Below, in pieces: positions 35,082-47,680 of a DNA stretch of 64,000 nt (position 1 is the stretch's first letter; each line of letters opens with the position of its first letter). The DNA is taken from assembly GCF_963921235.1 (NCBI RefSeq), contig NC_086109.1, positions 31,622,001-31,686,000 on the forward strand, written 5' to 3'. The DNA comes from Mobula hypostoma (lineage: Eukaryota). The notes under the pieces are model-generated. The model saw nothing but the letters and a program-made list of their open reading frames with translations. It had not been told where the DNA came from and ran no database searches. Position numbers and translations under genes: made by a program.

Positions 35082-38000
35082 TGGCTACAGCGGTTGATCA
35101 CTGTGATAGCCTCCTCTACGTTTGAGACAAGCACTCCGGGCGTAGATTCCTGGTGGACACAGGGGTGGAAATCAGTGTCCTACCCCCCTCGAGCCACGAT
35201 ACCCGAACTAGAAGAACAGGAGCAGAACTTATGGCAGCCAGCAGCAGCACCATCCCCACTTACGGCACAAGAACCATCCCCTTGCAGTTCGGTTCCAGCC
35301 ACTTTACATGGATATTTACACTGGCCGCAGTATCACAGCCATTGCTGGGTGCGGACTTCCTCCACGCACACTGCCTGCTCATGGATTTGAAGGGACGACG
35401 ATTGGTCGATGTGAAGACATTTCAAACTTTCTCCCTCAATGAGGCCAGGTTACCGGCCCGGCACCTGGACTCCATCACTTATTCCGACGAGTTCGCCAGA
35501 GTGTTATCGGAGTTCCCCTCTATCATCATGCCGCAGTTTTCCTCAACAGACCCCAAGCAGGTCATGATGCACCACATCCCCACACAGGGACCTCCCCTTC
35601 ATGCCCGGGCCCGCAGGCTACCATCGATAAGCTCGGCCTCGGGAAAGAGGAATTCAAGAAGATGAAGGAGATGGGCATTGTGCGGCGTTCCGACAGCCCG
35701 TGGGCCTCCCTACTCCATATGGTGCCCAAGTCCGCAGGAGGGTGGAGACCGTGCGGCGACTATAGGAGGCTGAATAACGCCACCACGTCCGACCGCTATC
35801 CGGTACCACACATCCAGCCAACCTGCACGGGGCGCGCATCTTTTCGAAGATTGACCTGGTCTGAGGGTATCATCAGATCCCAGTCCACCCGGACTATGTA
35901 CCTCAGACGGCCCTCATTACCCCCTTTGGCCTGTTCGAGTTCCTCAGGATGCCGTTCAGGCTCAAAAACGCAGTGCAGACGTTCCAGCGCCTGATGGACA
36001 CAGTAGGGCGAGATCTGGACTTTCTGTTTATCTACCTGGATGACATACTTATCGCCAGCCTCTCTCGCCAGGAACAACTAGCACATTTATGCCTGCTCTG
36101 TCGCCGCCTAAGCGACTACGGCCTGGCTATCAATCCCACCGAGTGCCAGTTCGGCCTACCCACCATCAACTTCTTGGGACACCGGATCGACCGCTGTGGA
36201 GCTGTGCCCCTGCCAGCAAAAGTTGAAGCTATCTGCCAATTTGCCAGACCCAGCACTGTTAAAGGCCTGCAGCAATTTGTTGGGATGGTTAACTTTTATC
36301 ACCGTTTCCTGCCCTCAGCGGCCCGGATCATGCGGACCCTTTTAGGCCTGATGTCCGGCAAGGTCAAAGAGGTCACCTGGACAGAGGAGGTGACAGTGGT
36401 TTTTGAACAAGCCAAGAACATACTAGCAAACGCCATCCTCCTGGTCCACCTCCGGGTCGACGTCCCCACTGCCCTCACTGTGGATGCCTCCAACACGGCA
36501 GTTGGAGGTGTGCTTGAGCAGCTCATCGAAGGCCAGTGGAAGCCACTCGCTTTTTTCAGCTGGCACCTATGACCCCTGGAACTTAAGTACAGCGCTTTCA
36601 ACAGGGAGTTGCTAGCCCTGCACCTTGCCATCAAGTGCTTCAGGTATTTCCTGGAAGGGAGGGAGTTCACGGTCTTCACAGACCACAAGCCCCTCACTTT
36701 CGCGTTTGCCAAAGTGTTGGACCCGTGGTCGGGCCGCCAGCAACACCACCTGTCGTACATCTCGGAGTTTACCACCACGATCAAGCACATCTCCGGGAAG
36801 AACAACGTGGCAGCCGACACGTTGTCACACACCTCCGTCCAACCAGTGCACTCTCTGTCTCCGGGGGTGGATTATGCGGCAAAGACACAACGACTGGACA
36901 GCGAGATGCCGGCGTACCGAACCGCAGTCTCAGGACTCCGCCTCGAAGAGATATCCGTTGGGCCCAAAGGTAATGAGCTCCTTTGCGATGTGTCCACCAG
37001 GCAACCTCGGCCCATTGGCCCGACTGCGTGGAGGCGCCGCGTTTTCGACGCCTTGCACGGTTTAGCCCACCCTTCCATCCGGGCGACCACCCGGCTGATC
37101 GCAGACAGGTTTGTGTGGCACGGCCTACGCAAGCAGGTCGAGCACTAGACCAAGACGTGCACGCACTCTCAAACCTCCAAAATCCAGAGGCACGTGAGGG
37201 CCCTACTGCAACCCCTCCAGCCAACACATACGTTTGTAGGAGGTTTGAACACGTCCACATGGACACTGCTGGTTTCGAGAGGAGCGAGATACCTGTTCAC
37301 CCTGCTGGACAGTTTCACGAGGTGGCTGGAAACTGTCCCACTCACTGACACGGCCACGGAGACATGGGTCAGAGCCCTGATTACCACCTGGGTGGCACGG
37401 TTCGGACTCCCAGCCCATGTCACTTCAGACAGAGGAGTACAGTTCACATCGGCTTTGTGGTCTGCACTGACACAACTCCTCAGAACCCAGCTCCACTGAA
37501 CGACTGCTTACCACCCGCAGTCCAACAGCCTGGTGGAACGTTTCCACAGGCATTCGAAGTCAGCCCTGATGGCACGCCTCCGAGGGCCAGACTGGGTTGA
37601 CGAACTCCCCTGGGTGCTGCTTGGCACCAGCATGGCACTCAAGGAGGACCTGGCCGCATCATTGGCCGAATTTGATTACGGTGCCCCGCTCACAGTTCCC
37701 GGTGAGTTTGTTCCAGCACCCCGTGGCCAGGAGGACACACCTACGGCAGCCCTATCTAAACTCCAGGAGTGGCTTGGAATACTTGTCCCAGTCCCGACGT
37801 CCCTTCACGGAACAACACCCTCTTTCGTGCCCAAGGACCTACAACAGAGCAAGTATGTTTTCATTCACCGAGGCGCGCACAGACCACCCCTGATGCGACC
37901 ATACGAGGGACCTCACAAGGTGGTGCGCCATAATGGGGCGATCTGCGTTCTCGACATCAGCGGTCGTGAAGAAACTTTTACCATTGACCGTCTCAAACCG

Positions 38001-38110
38001 GTGCATCTAAACCTTGAAATCCCGGTTGCAGTTCCACCCCCACGACGACGAGGCCGGCTACCTAAAAGAACTGACAGTGTGCAGGCTGTTGTCTCTGCAC
38101 CTCCTAGCGC
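35060..38110 (+). pseudogene. pol: pol (protease, RT, RNase H, integrase) with stops and frameshifts
   Basis: 'FLVDTG', 'LLGADFL', '[11 protein letters not shown]', 'MPFRLKNA', 'YLDDILI', 'VDASN', 'FTDHKPL', 'HGLAHP', 'SDRGVQF', 'ERFHR', 'PYEGP'. Confidence 0.93.
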
Positions 38111-38117
38111 CGGTTCT

Positions 38118-38141
38118 GGTGGGGAGGGGGGGTGGCGGGGG
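38118..38141 (+). promoter_or_regulatory. Polypurine tract
   Basis: G-rich 'ggtggggagggggggtggcggggg' just upstream of the 3' LTR. Confidence 0.75.
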
Positions 38142-38144
38142 TCA

Positions 38145-38397
38145 CGTGGCAGCTCGCCCACGCAGCAAGCGAACCGGCTCCAGCAGTCGCGGTTGAGTCC
38201 ACAGCCAGCGGCAACCAAGAGGGCTCTGAGTGCGGGGAAGACCTCGGCCTGGAAGCCGACGTCACTTCCGCCCCTCAAAGAGCGGGGGTTGCTGGGAGCG
38301 GAAACCTAAGCGCGCGTATTGAAACAGTAAACAGTTCAACCAGACCCTGCTCAACTCGGTGTGTTGCTTTCACTCATTGCGTATCAGCGCGACTACA
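38145..38397 (+). repeat. 3' LTR
   Basis: CG(TG)...CA, 253 bp, followed by the ACCT TSD. Confidence 0.95.
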
Positions 38398-39087
38398 ACC
38401 TCACAACAATGGATAACTAAGTGGTTGTTGCACCTTGTGCTGAAATAAGCAGTTCTGAGTGTCCAGTCACTAATTTCTGCAGCACGTCTAAACAAAGGCT
38501 TTCACATCAGGAGCATCAGTGTCTTGTGATTGAATGAGGGAATGAGAGCAGGTCATTCAATAGAGAAGACTGAGGCTAAAGTGAGTGTAGGTTGTTCAGC
38601 CAGTAGAGACTTGAGGCTGGAGGGGAGAGGGAAGAGGGTTGACAGTCACCTAAGGATTGGGCAAGGGTGTTAGGAGTCAATTCACCCAGGTTTCACAATT
38701 TTTTGAGTGAAGTACTTCTGGCTGGACCGTCAGTTTCTGCAGAGGTTGTGAACCAAAAGCTTTTTACCAAATTTTCAATTGTGTGCAATTATGTGTGGTT
38801 TGCACATTAATAATACTCATGCATCATACAGAGGAAATGACATTTGCTTTAGGGTTCAATTACAACAGGAACTTCTCATTAAATCTCCCGACAGATGGAA
38901 GTTCCGCAGCAAATGTATCTGAGCACCCAGGATCACATCACATCAAAAAATCACATTTTGTCTGTTTCCAAAGTATAATTTTCTTTTTCTGATCCAATTT
39001 TTGGCTGAAATTTTCAATTCAACTGAACAGAGGAATAGATCACTTCAATGATAACACAATGGCATAAATTGCCCTTGAATTCTGGTT

Positions 39088-39285
39088 GTTGTTGTTGTTG
39101 TTCCTCTCCTCCCCTTGTGGTGCATCGGGCAACCACCTTGCCGTTTGCCTGTTCTTTATGAGGCCGATTTACTAGCTCGATGCTCAACCCAGTGTGGATG
39201 TAAAGCATGCAAGCAGCAGGCTGGATTTGAACCTGGGACCACTTGGATCAAAGTTCACTGTGGATGCCACTGAACCACCAGCCAG
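39088..39285 (-). mobile_element. tRNA-derived SINE with (CAA)n tail
   Basis: Head 'tggctggtggttcagtggc...ggttcaaatcc' (A and B boxes); TSD CTTGAATTCT(G/A)GTT at 39074-39087 / 39286-39299. Confidence 0.8.
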
Positions 39286-42200
39286 CTTGAATTCTAGTTA
39301 ATAACTGATTTTTCTGACTCCTTCCTTACACTACCCTATGATAAATACTAAAACTTCAGAGTTTTTTCATCAATGTTCTAAATTTTTATCATTAAATACT
39401 TTCCTTCAAAACTGTTTAGTTATCCTCTTATAAAAGAATGTAGACTAATAGGCTAATGGACCGGCATTGTTTCATGCAGCTAATTGGAATCACCAGGACA
39501 ATATTTATTTTGCTAGTGAACCTGGAGTATTCATGTCATGAACCTACCTTTAGGCTCAATAACACAACAGCTACATCCATTAAGTGCCTTCCTGTTAGAA
39601 GAATTGTAGAATTTTTGTTGAGTTTTTGGTCATTTCTGCCTGAGAGATCAGGAACTATTATGGAGTGGAACATTAATTCTCAACTTATCTTTATTTCATG
39701 CCTCATGAGAAATAACCTAAGAATAAAAAAATCATTCACTTTAAGTGGATCAATGCTTCCATTCATCATCAGCAGACGTTCTGTCTAGAACATATAAAAT
39801 CACACAGAAATTTATTCAGAAACTTTTGTTAAAACAATACTTAAATTTAACAGATGAAGTAGAATCAAACTCTTAGAATTGAAATAGTCAAGAATTTCAA
39901 TTTTATCAAAGCAGAAGCCAGTCATGCACTATGTATTTATGGAGATATCCTCTGTACAGGCAGGCCCATGAATAGCTTGGGATATTTTCAATGGGGCAGA
40001 TGAGCTAAGATCTTTTTTAATATCAGTCGAAGGGGACCTTATTATATATATCAATTCTAGGAGGCCCTTCAAACATCTTGCCCTGCAATTGCAAGTCCAC
40101 TGAAGCCCTTCATTAGTTTCACCACTGTAGAGTCAATAGAGGAAAGATTTCAGTACAACCAAGAGCAACATGACTCCTTCTACTACAAATAATGTCCTGA
40201 GCATATGCACAAATGGATTCAGATGCAAAGGAGGACTTTATTCCACCTTTCTGAACGCTAAATCATATTACTCATTATAACTGAAGTAATTATATATTCC
40301 AACACTTTACAGAGCATATCTAGCACAGAAATGGATCATTTTGTGGAGAATTAGTATCAGATATAATATCTCTGAATTATACAGCATAAAATCTATTGTT
40401 TTGTGGCAGCAATACAGTGCAATGATATAAAATAATGTCAAATTGCAAAAAAAAATTAAAAGATCAAAAAAAAGAATAACAAGGTAGAATTTGTGGACCA
40501 TTTTGTCTATACAAAAGTTCAGCTGATGCAACCAGTCAGAAAGCCCTCCACTGTTCATCTATAGAAATTTGTTAGATTCTTCCATGACTATATCTCTCCT
40601 GGTGATTATACACCACATTCTCTCCTCCTGAGCTACTTACCTCACCTTTGATTTCTGTTACCTGGCCATGAAATTTGCAGTTGAAAGCATCTAAGATTTT
40701 TGCCTCATAGAAAATTCCACATTCTAGTAACTTGCTCGTAAAAATATCTCAGAATTGCTAACATCATGACAAGGTGTTATCTGCATTTTGTGCAAAGATT
40801 TCATGTCCCTTTTCATATACCTTAGTAACAATTTTAGTATATTCTTGCACATTATTTCACTACTTTTGTATTCTGTATCCCTAAAACAAGTCTGTAGTTT
40901 TTAAGGCTGGTAAGCATTTTAATTGACTTGCCGCATGGTGATATTGCTTTTGCAGTTAATTGTTCACTTGCATGACTAAACCTCTTTGCTCTTCTACCTT
41001 AACAAATTCCACGTCACATGCTGGTGATAATAAACCCGATTCTGATTCTGATACTACTTTAATTCTCCAAGGTATATTTGATGTATCTATTTTTTCTATC
41101 GAAGTACATTACCCTAAGTTTATTTGCCACTTAGCTGTCCATTCTTCAAGTTTTCTCGGTGTTAGGTGTTGATCAGCCTCACTGCTTGGGGAAAGTATCT
41201 GTCTTTTGAGTCTGGAGGTCCTGGTGTAAATGCTATGTAGCCTCCTTCCCAATGGGAGTGGGACAAAGAGTCCATGAGCAGGGTGGGTGGGGTCCTTTAC
41301 GATGTTATTGGCCCTTTTCCAGCACCTTTCTGTATACATTTATCCTTGATAGTGGGCAGGCTGGTGCCAGTGATACACTGGGCAGATTAGACTACCTGTT
41401 GTAGAGCCTTCCTCTGCACTGCAGTGCAGTTTCTGGCCCATGCAGTGATGCAGGATGTTAGGATGCTCTCTACTGAGCATCTGTAGAAGAACCTGAGTCT
41501 AGTGGAGGCATTGGTGAACTTTCCTGATTTTGTCAGATGTGCTCTGGGACCATGAGAGGTAGTGTGTGATGTGCACTCCAAGGAGTGTGAAACTGCTCAC
41601 AGTTTCCACTGCTGTGCCACCGATGTAAAAAGGTGTGTGAGTGTTATGAATTCTCCTGAAGTCGATAACCATCTCCTACCTCTTGTTGACATTGAGGAAG
41701 AAGTTATTTGCCTGGGACCAGGCCTCGAAATCTTCCACCTCCTCTCTGTTTGTGGTTGGTGAGCCTCACCACTGTCGTGTCACTGGCAAACTTGACAATG
41801 TGATTACTTGGGTGTTTGTCTGTGCAGTCATGTATGAGCATAGAGTCCAGCAAAAGGCTCAGCACGCAGCCCTACGGGGCACTCAAGTTGAGGATGATCA
41901 GGAAGGAAGTGCAGATGTGCATCCTGAATACCTGAGATCTGTTCATTAGGGAGTCCAACACCCAGATGCACAGTGGAGTATTTAGACTGAGGAGTAGGAG
42001 TTTGTTCGCCAAGGTATGTGGGACAATAGTATTGAAAGCCAAACTAAAATCCAAAACCGGCATTCTGACATAAGCGTCCTTGTTTTCTAGGTAAGTCAGG
42101 ACCAGGTGCATGACAAATATTATGGTATTTGTCATAGAGTGGTTGTATCAGTGAGTGTCCAGTGTGGCAGGAATGTACTATAGTTTTTGATATGTGCCAT

Positions 42201-43345
42201 TACCAGCCATTCAAAGCACTTCATGATAAGCAGCATCAGTGCCACTGGGTAGTCGTCATTTATTTCTGAAGTTGTAGAATTCTTTGGTACAGGGATTTCG
42301 GTGGCTGATTTGAAGCATGTGGGGGCAGCAGTCTGGATGAATGAAGTGTTGAAGATGTCTGGGAGCTGGTGTGCACACCTTGAGTACTCAGCCTGTTGCC
42401 TTGCCCATCTGCTTTGCGGGTTTGTCTCTCTGCAGGGATCTTCTCACGTCTACTGGTGTTATAGGCAGTGGCTTCTCACCTGGGAGGGGGTTTAGTGTTT
42501 GAGACTGGCATGTCTCCAAGCGTGCATAAAAGTTGCTTAATGTTTAGGGAGAGAGGTGTCACTGGTACAGTTGATGCTTTCTTTTCCCTCACGTAGTCAG
42601 TAATGCCCATAGATGCTCAGCTACATACCCCAGAGGTCATTATCAGACAGGTGTTCCTGAATTTTTTGATTGTCTTTGCCCTCTTGATGCCTAAGATGAG
42701 CATTCTCCTGGCTGTTCGGAGAGCTGTTCTCTCTCCAGTCTTGAAGGTCTCGGGGCTTTTAGTAGGGAGCACACATCAGCATTCACGCAGGGCTTCTGGT
42801 TGGCCCATGACATTTATTCTTGAGTTACCATCATCTACACACTTACAGACATAATGAGTGAAAAATGAAGGATCTTCCTTGAGGTCTGTGTCTTCCCCGT
42901 TTGTGTCGGCTTCCTTGAACATCCGCTCAAAAGTCCACTCAAAGCAGTCCTGAAGCATAGAAATTGCCTCATTAGGCCGTACGCTGAAGGCTCTATTGCC
43001 TGGTTTCTCCAGTTTCAGCAGCAGTGGGTATACCGGAATTTACATTATGGAGGTGCGGTCAAAGAGGCCAAAATGAGGGCGTGGGATAGCTTTGTAGATA
43101 TCGTTTCAGTTTATGTAAGCGCAGTCCAGTCTACTAGTTTGCCACGGTGATTTGTTGTTAGAATTTAGGTAAAATGTACTGCGGGTTGACATGATTGAAG
43201 TCTCCTGCGATCCGGAAGTTTGCTTTGTAGAGAGCTGATGATACTGTAAAGCTCTCCCAGTGTGTCCTTGGTGTTCGTACTTGGCGGGGGAGGGTGGGGG
43301 TGATGTAGACAGTGGTTAAGAACACCGCAGTTTGAGCATGTAATA

Positions 43346-43381
43346 AGTCCTGACGAGGGGTCTCGGCCTGAAACGTCGACT
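43346..43381 (+). ncRNA. Minimal type I hammerhead ribozyme
   Basis: AGTC-CTGACGA-GGGGTCTCGGCCT-GAAA-CGTC-GACT; intact core, predicted cleavage after C43377. Confidence 0.8.
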
Positions 43382-43476
43382 GCACCTCTTCCTACAGATG
43401 CTGCCTGGCCTGCTGCGTTCACCAGCAACTTTGATGTGTGTTGCTTGAATTTCCAGCATCTGCAGAATTCCTGTTG
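43346..43476 (+). mobile_element. 131-bp Penelope-like terminal insertion
   Basis: Perfect 13-bp TSD TGAGCATGTAATA (43333-43345 / 43477-43489). Confidence 0.92.
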
Positions 43477-44856
43477 TGAGCATGTAATATGGCCGGCATT
43501 TAATTGTAAGATGTTCAATTGTCCCAGACAGTGAATACTAACTACAGATGAGTTGTGCACCAGCCTTTGTGAATATACACACAGATTCCACTTCCCTTGG
43601 ATTTCCCTGACAGAGGACTTCTGTCTGTATGGAACAGAGTCATCCCGTCAAGTTGAAAAACCTAGTCATGTTTCGGTTTACCTACAATTTGTTATTATTA
43701 TGACCATCTTATCTGTCCTTTTGGGTCAAATTTATTAAGTTTCTTTAAGTACCTTAGAATGAATAATTCCACATTGGCTTTGAAATAGCATTTCATTAAT
43801 TTTGCACTGAATCTACATCAGAGCAAAAGGTTTATTAGTCAATTAGCTCTGATTAAAAGCTCCATTTAGACCTTTTCATCTACCATTATGTGCATACCCT
43901 CTGTCCTATTCATCTCCATAACTTCCCTCTAAGTACTATAATGCAGCTCTCCTAAACTACTCCATGTGGTAACAGTTCCACAACCTGACCACTCTCCAGG
44001 TGAGGATGCTTCTGTTAATAATCGACTCCAATTAATTGCATTTGTTGCCATTTTTAAGTTAAACTCTGTTTTAGGATTATTTTATTTTAATACTTTAAAA
44101 ATTTTCTCACCTAATTTGTAGGTGAAGCTTATACTGCTCCTCCTAACCCTTCCCCTCCCCTCCCAACTTGTCTAGATTATGCCATGCCAAGACCTAACAC
44201 CATGCAGGACTCTCTAGACTCAAACGTTTATCTTTACAGTCAAGATAACTGCATCTTGGCAGAGAGTGGAGTTAGTGAACCCATTATTTTACAGACACAA
44301 CTTAGTACATCATTGCTTCAAAACTAAATAGCATTAATCTTCATTAGATGTTCATGGCCATTTTGGAATCAAAGGTGTGGTTATGATTAACAATATTTTA
44401 GTAAATGGCAATATTTTTAAATGATAATATTATCTCCCCTGTTTGGTTTTGTCAGTGTTTTTACCTCTTATCCTCTAGTAACAACAATGTTTATCTTGCT
44501 GGAGACTTCTCTCCCAACATTGATGAAATTGCAGTGTTTGTCATTTGCATCGGTTGGTATGGCTTCTAACCAAGATTCAGGTTGCATGATATCAGGTGTG
44601 TGTGCATGTATCATAGTGAAAGTCATATGATTTCTCACAGTCAAACAATGGCAGGGATTAATAATAGAAGTGTTATTTGCAGCATATTATCAGGATATTT
44701 AGTTATATGGAAATAATCATAGAAATTCTTCTTTGCATAGTGTATTAATTTTTGCTTTGGTGTGTAATATTCAAATACAGATGTTAGTAAAACTGTACTA
44801 TACTAGCAATCACAGCACAAGGCATTTGAATTTTTTTTTACCTCGAGGTACTTCAT

Positions 44857-45068
44857 GGTAACAGGCTCAAGAGCCCATACTGCCCAATTACACCCATATG
44901 ACCAATTAACCTACTAAACTGTGCGTCTTTGGATTGTGGGAGGAATCTCAGAACACCCGGAGAAACGCACCTAGTCACGGATAGAAAGTACAAACTCCAT
45001 ACAGAGAGATTGCTGGTCACTGGTGCTGTAAATACATTATGCTAACTGTTCTGCTACCACACTGCCCC
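44857..45068 (-). mobile_element. HE1/V-SINE
   Basis: V-domain-like 'tgtgggaggaa..cacccggagaaacgcac..gtcacgg..gtacaaactccatacaga' with tRNA-like head at about 45030-45068. Confidence 0.7.
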
Positions 45069-45304
45069 TGATAAATGTGGATAGATGATTTACTTGGTTA
45101 AGATCATTTGCTGACAAGTTAGTGATCAGGGAATGCTTGTTGTATTGGCATCTGATAAAATGGGAAGTTTTAGTGTTAAAATATAGCTTCATTTGCAACT
45201 ATTCTTAGTATGCTCTGAAAACACATAAAAGGCAAAAGACAAAATTTGTGGTATCGTATTCTATATATAATCATATAATTTTTGAAAACTAGATTAGTGG
45301 GAAG

Positions 45305-45437
45305 ATCCTGCCGAAGGGTTTTGGCTCGAAACATCGACTGTACTTATTTTCCATAGACGCTGCCTGCCCTGCTGAGTTCCTCCAGCACTCGTGTGTGTTG
45401 GTCAGATTTCCAGCATCTGTAGATTTTCTCTTGTTTG
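45305..45437 (+). mobile_element. Penelope-like terminal fragment with variant hammerhead core CTGCCGA
   Basis: 'cctgccgaagggttttggctcgaaacatcgactg..gctgagttcctccagc..cagcatctgtagattttctcttgtttg'. Confidence 0.8.
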
Positions 45438-46139
45438 TAATGAGAAAATCCAATGATTTTCTTGTGTCTGAAATGCATCTAGTTTAACAACTCATATTAT
45501 CTGTTTCATGATAAACACTACATATAGACCAGTGGGCTGATATATCTAAATGCCTTCAGTAGGCAGGTACTGACATTGCATTATCTATCATTGCAATTAC
45601 GTTCTATTAGTGTCTGCTGATGACAAATATCAGCATTTATTCTGGGAATTTTGTGAGTCATTTAACCAGCAAACTGAGTTTTCCTGATGAGACTCTCCTC
45701 TGTTTACACTCATTTTGCACCTCCGATCCTAGTATTAAACTGACATTAAACTGACATCACCTTACATCGAAGCCAGATAGCATTAGACCAACGACGGGAT
45801 CAACAAAAGATAAACGTGTTACTCCCACAGCTCCTCATGTAGCAGTTTTGAAGCTTCTGAGTTCAGACCCAGACTAGAGATTAGGCAGACAATGTAAATT
45901 AACACTATAATGATACATCAATGTAGGTGTCATGTAAGAACTCTTGTCTAAATGTTATGGCAGTACTGGTGGATGTTAAAGCTATTGTGTTAAAGATGTT
46001 GCTCAAAGAAGACAAGGGAGTTGTTGTCTCAGAATCTGGATGAATATTCAAGTTGATGCACTGGAAAATAGATTGAGTGTTAATTCATTTAATCACTTTT
46101 AAGGTCATTGTCTCTTTAAAACAACACATACTTGTATTC

Positions 46140-46955
46140 ATGGAGGGTTGAGTTTGGGATGATGGTGCCTAACGGTGACTCCTTTGCTCGCATCTTCAGA
46201 AACTGCTCTATTTCTACCTTTAAAACCTCTTCTTTTTTTCCCTTCAATGTTCTTTTGAAGACCCTGACCTGGATTTAACTTTAGTTCTTTGCGGGAATGG
46301 GGCCTATTCTCAGGGCCTCATGGCCGGCTGCTTTTTGATATGCTAAGGATACGGCCTAGAAGACTAGTGTGCCTTCAGGTTACCGTATTTTCTTTGCTCT
46401 GGAGGTGGGCGAATTTGAGGTCGGTGCCGCCACAGAAAACTGGTGTGTCCTGGGAGTACACAGAAGATCAAAAGCAGCGAGCTAGCTACTGGCTGTGTGC
46501 CCAAAGGAACAGAGCTTGGAAAAAGCGATGCAACGGACTTTTAACACCATAAATCAGCGAGTTGTTTTGTTATGTCTCACCTTTTTCTGTGAAACAGGGA
46601 AACCTCTTTTTTCCCTTATTAGGGAGAGAGAGAGCCTGTGGTATGTTGAATTACCAGATGGACGAGTAGTCTTTGGGGTACTGCAAACCTGTGTCTTTCT
46701 TGATGCTTTGCTGCACGCTTAAGTGCTCAGTGGAGCGGGGGGGGGGGGGCGGTGCTGATGTGTTTTTGCTGGTGAGGGGGTCATCGCTTTGCTGCTGCTT
46801 ATGCATGGGTGGGGGGAGCTGGAGGGGGCTTTGGGGTTCTAACATTTAACTGTCATTCACTATTTGGCACTCCTCTGTTTTGGTGGATGTTTGCAAAGGC
46901 AAAGAATTTCAGGATGTATTCTGGCATTAAATTGAACCTATTAAACCTATTGAAA
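46140..46955 (+). mobile_element. Non-autonomous retroposon with a Rex1-like tail
   Basis: 5' 'gatgatggtgcc', G/T-rich body, 3' 'attaaattgaacctattaaacctattgaa'. Confidence 0.55.
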
Positions 46956-47139
46956 TATTTAAGTGCCATTCAGTTACTTCAGTATGACTGCTTATAATTG
47001 CTCTTTTATAATGCGTGCACTTAATGCTCTAAGCTGATGTTCTTCAATAATGGTCAGACAGGGTAGGCTTGTATTAGGGTTCTTGAGAACACAACCTGTA
47101 AAACAGTGACAACAAATAACAGATATGCTCTCAATGTTA

Positions 47140-47300
47140 TAAACACAAGAGATTCTGCAGATGTTCAAAATCCAGAGCAACGGACACAAAATGCTGGAGA
47201 AACTCAACAGGTCAAGCATCATCTATTGAGAGAAAAAAATCGTCAATGTTTCAGGCTGAGACTTTTCATAAGGCCTCCAACATTTTGTGTGGGTTGCTCT
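47140..47300 (-). mobile_element. Penelope-like terminal fragment
   Basis: 'aacacaagagattctgcagatg..aaatgctggagaaactcaacaggtca' with a decayed hammerhead and a short inversion. Confidence 0.65.
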
Positions 47301-47329
47301 GGCCTCTCAATATATAATATTTAATACTC

Positions 47330-47680
47330 GTCCATCCACCATCCTCTTTGCCTTTCTACCACCTGGCAGGGACTCTGATACATAAAAACAAGAACGGTCA
47401 GGATGGGAAACAGTTTCATCCCTCAAGTCATTCAACTTCTGAACTCCCTGATGATCACGCTCCAAGTATCACTGGTTAATCTGTTCTGTACCTTACAATA
47501 TTTAATTTAGACACTTCAGTTTGTTTATTTATGTGTAATTCATCTGTAGATTTCATCCGTACTTCCATAAGTTATTATTTGTATACTACAGTGTTGTACA
47601 ACATGGTTCAGAGAAGCATTGTCTTGTTTGATGGTACACATATATATAGTTAAATGACAATAAACTTAACTTGAATTGAT
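47330..47680 (+). mobile_element. Rex1-like 3' fragment
   Basis: Decayed 'LPPGR..KTRTVRMGNSFIPQVIQLLN'; AATAAA followed by (ACTTGA)-like tail. Confidence 0.6.

Larger units (their letters stand above)
34234..38397 (+). mobile_element. Full-length decayed Ty3/Gypsy LTR retrotransposon, CsRn1-like
   Basis: Two LTRs of about 255 bp, TSD ACCT (34230-34233 / 38398-38401), tRNA-Trp PBS, PPT, order gag-PR-RT-RH-IN. Confidence 0.95.
41150..43515 (-). mobile_element. Rex1/Babar LINE (APE-RT), decayed, interrupted by a PLE piece
   Basis: 'TVYITP', 'IAGDFNHVN', 'LQDCFEWT', 'YVRMPVLDFSLAFNTIVP', 'SILTSCITAW', 'VKDPTHPAHGLF'. Confidence 0.88.

Noticed and set aside
45684..45700. CTGATGA hammerhead-like box
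   Set aside because: No stem II, GAAA box or NUH site follows
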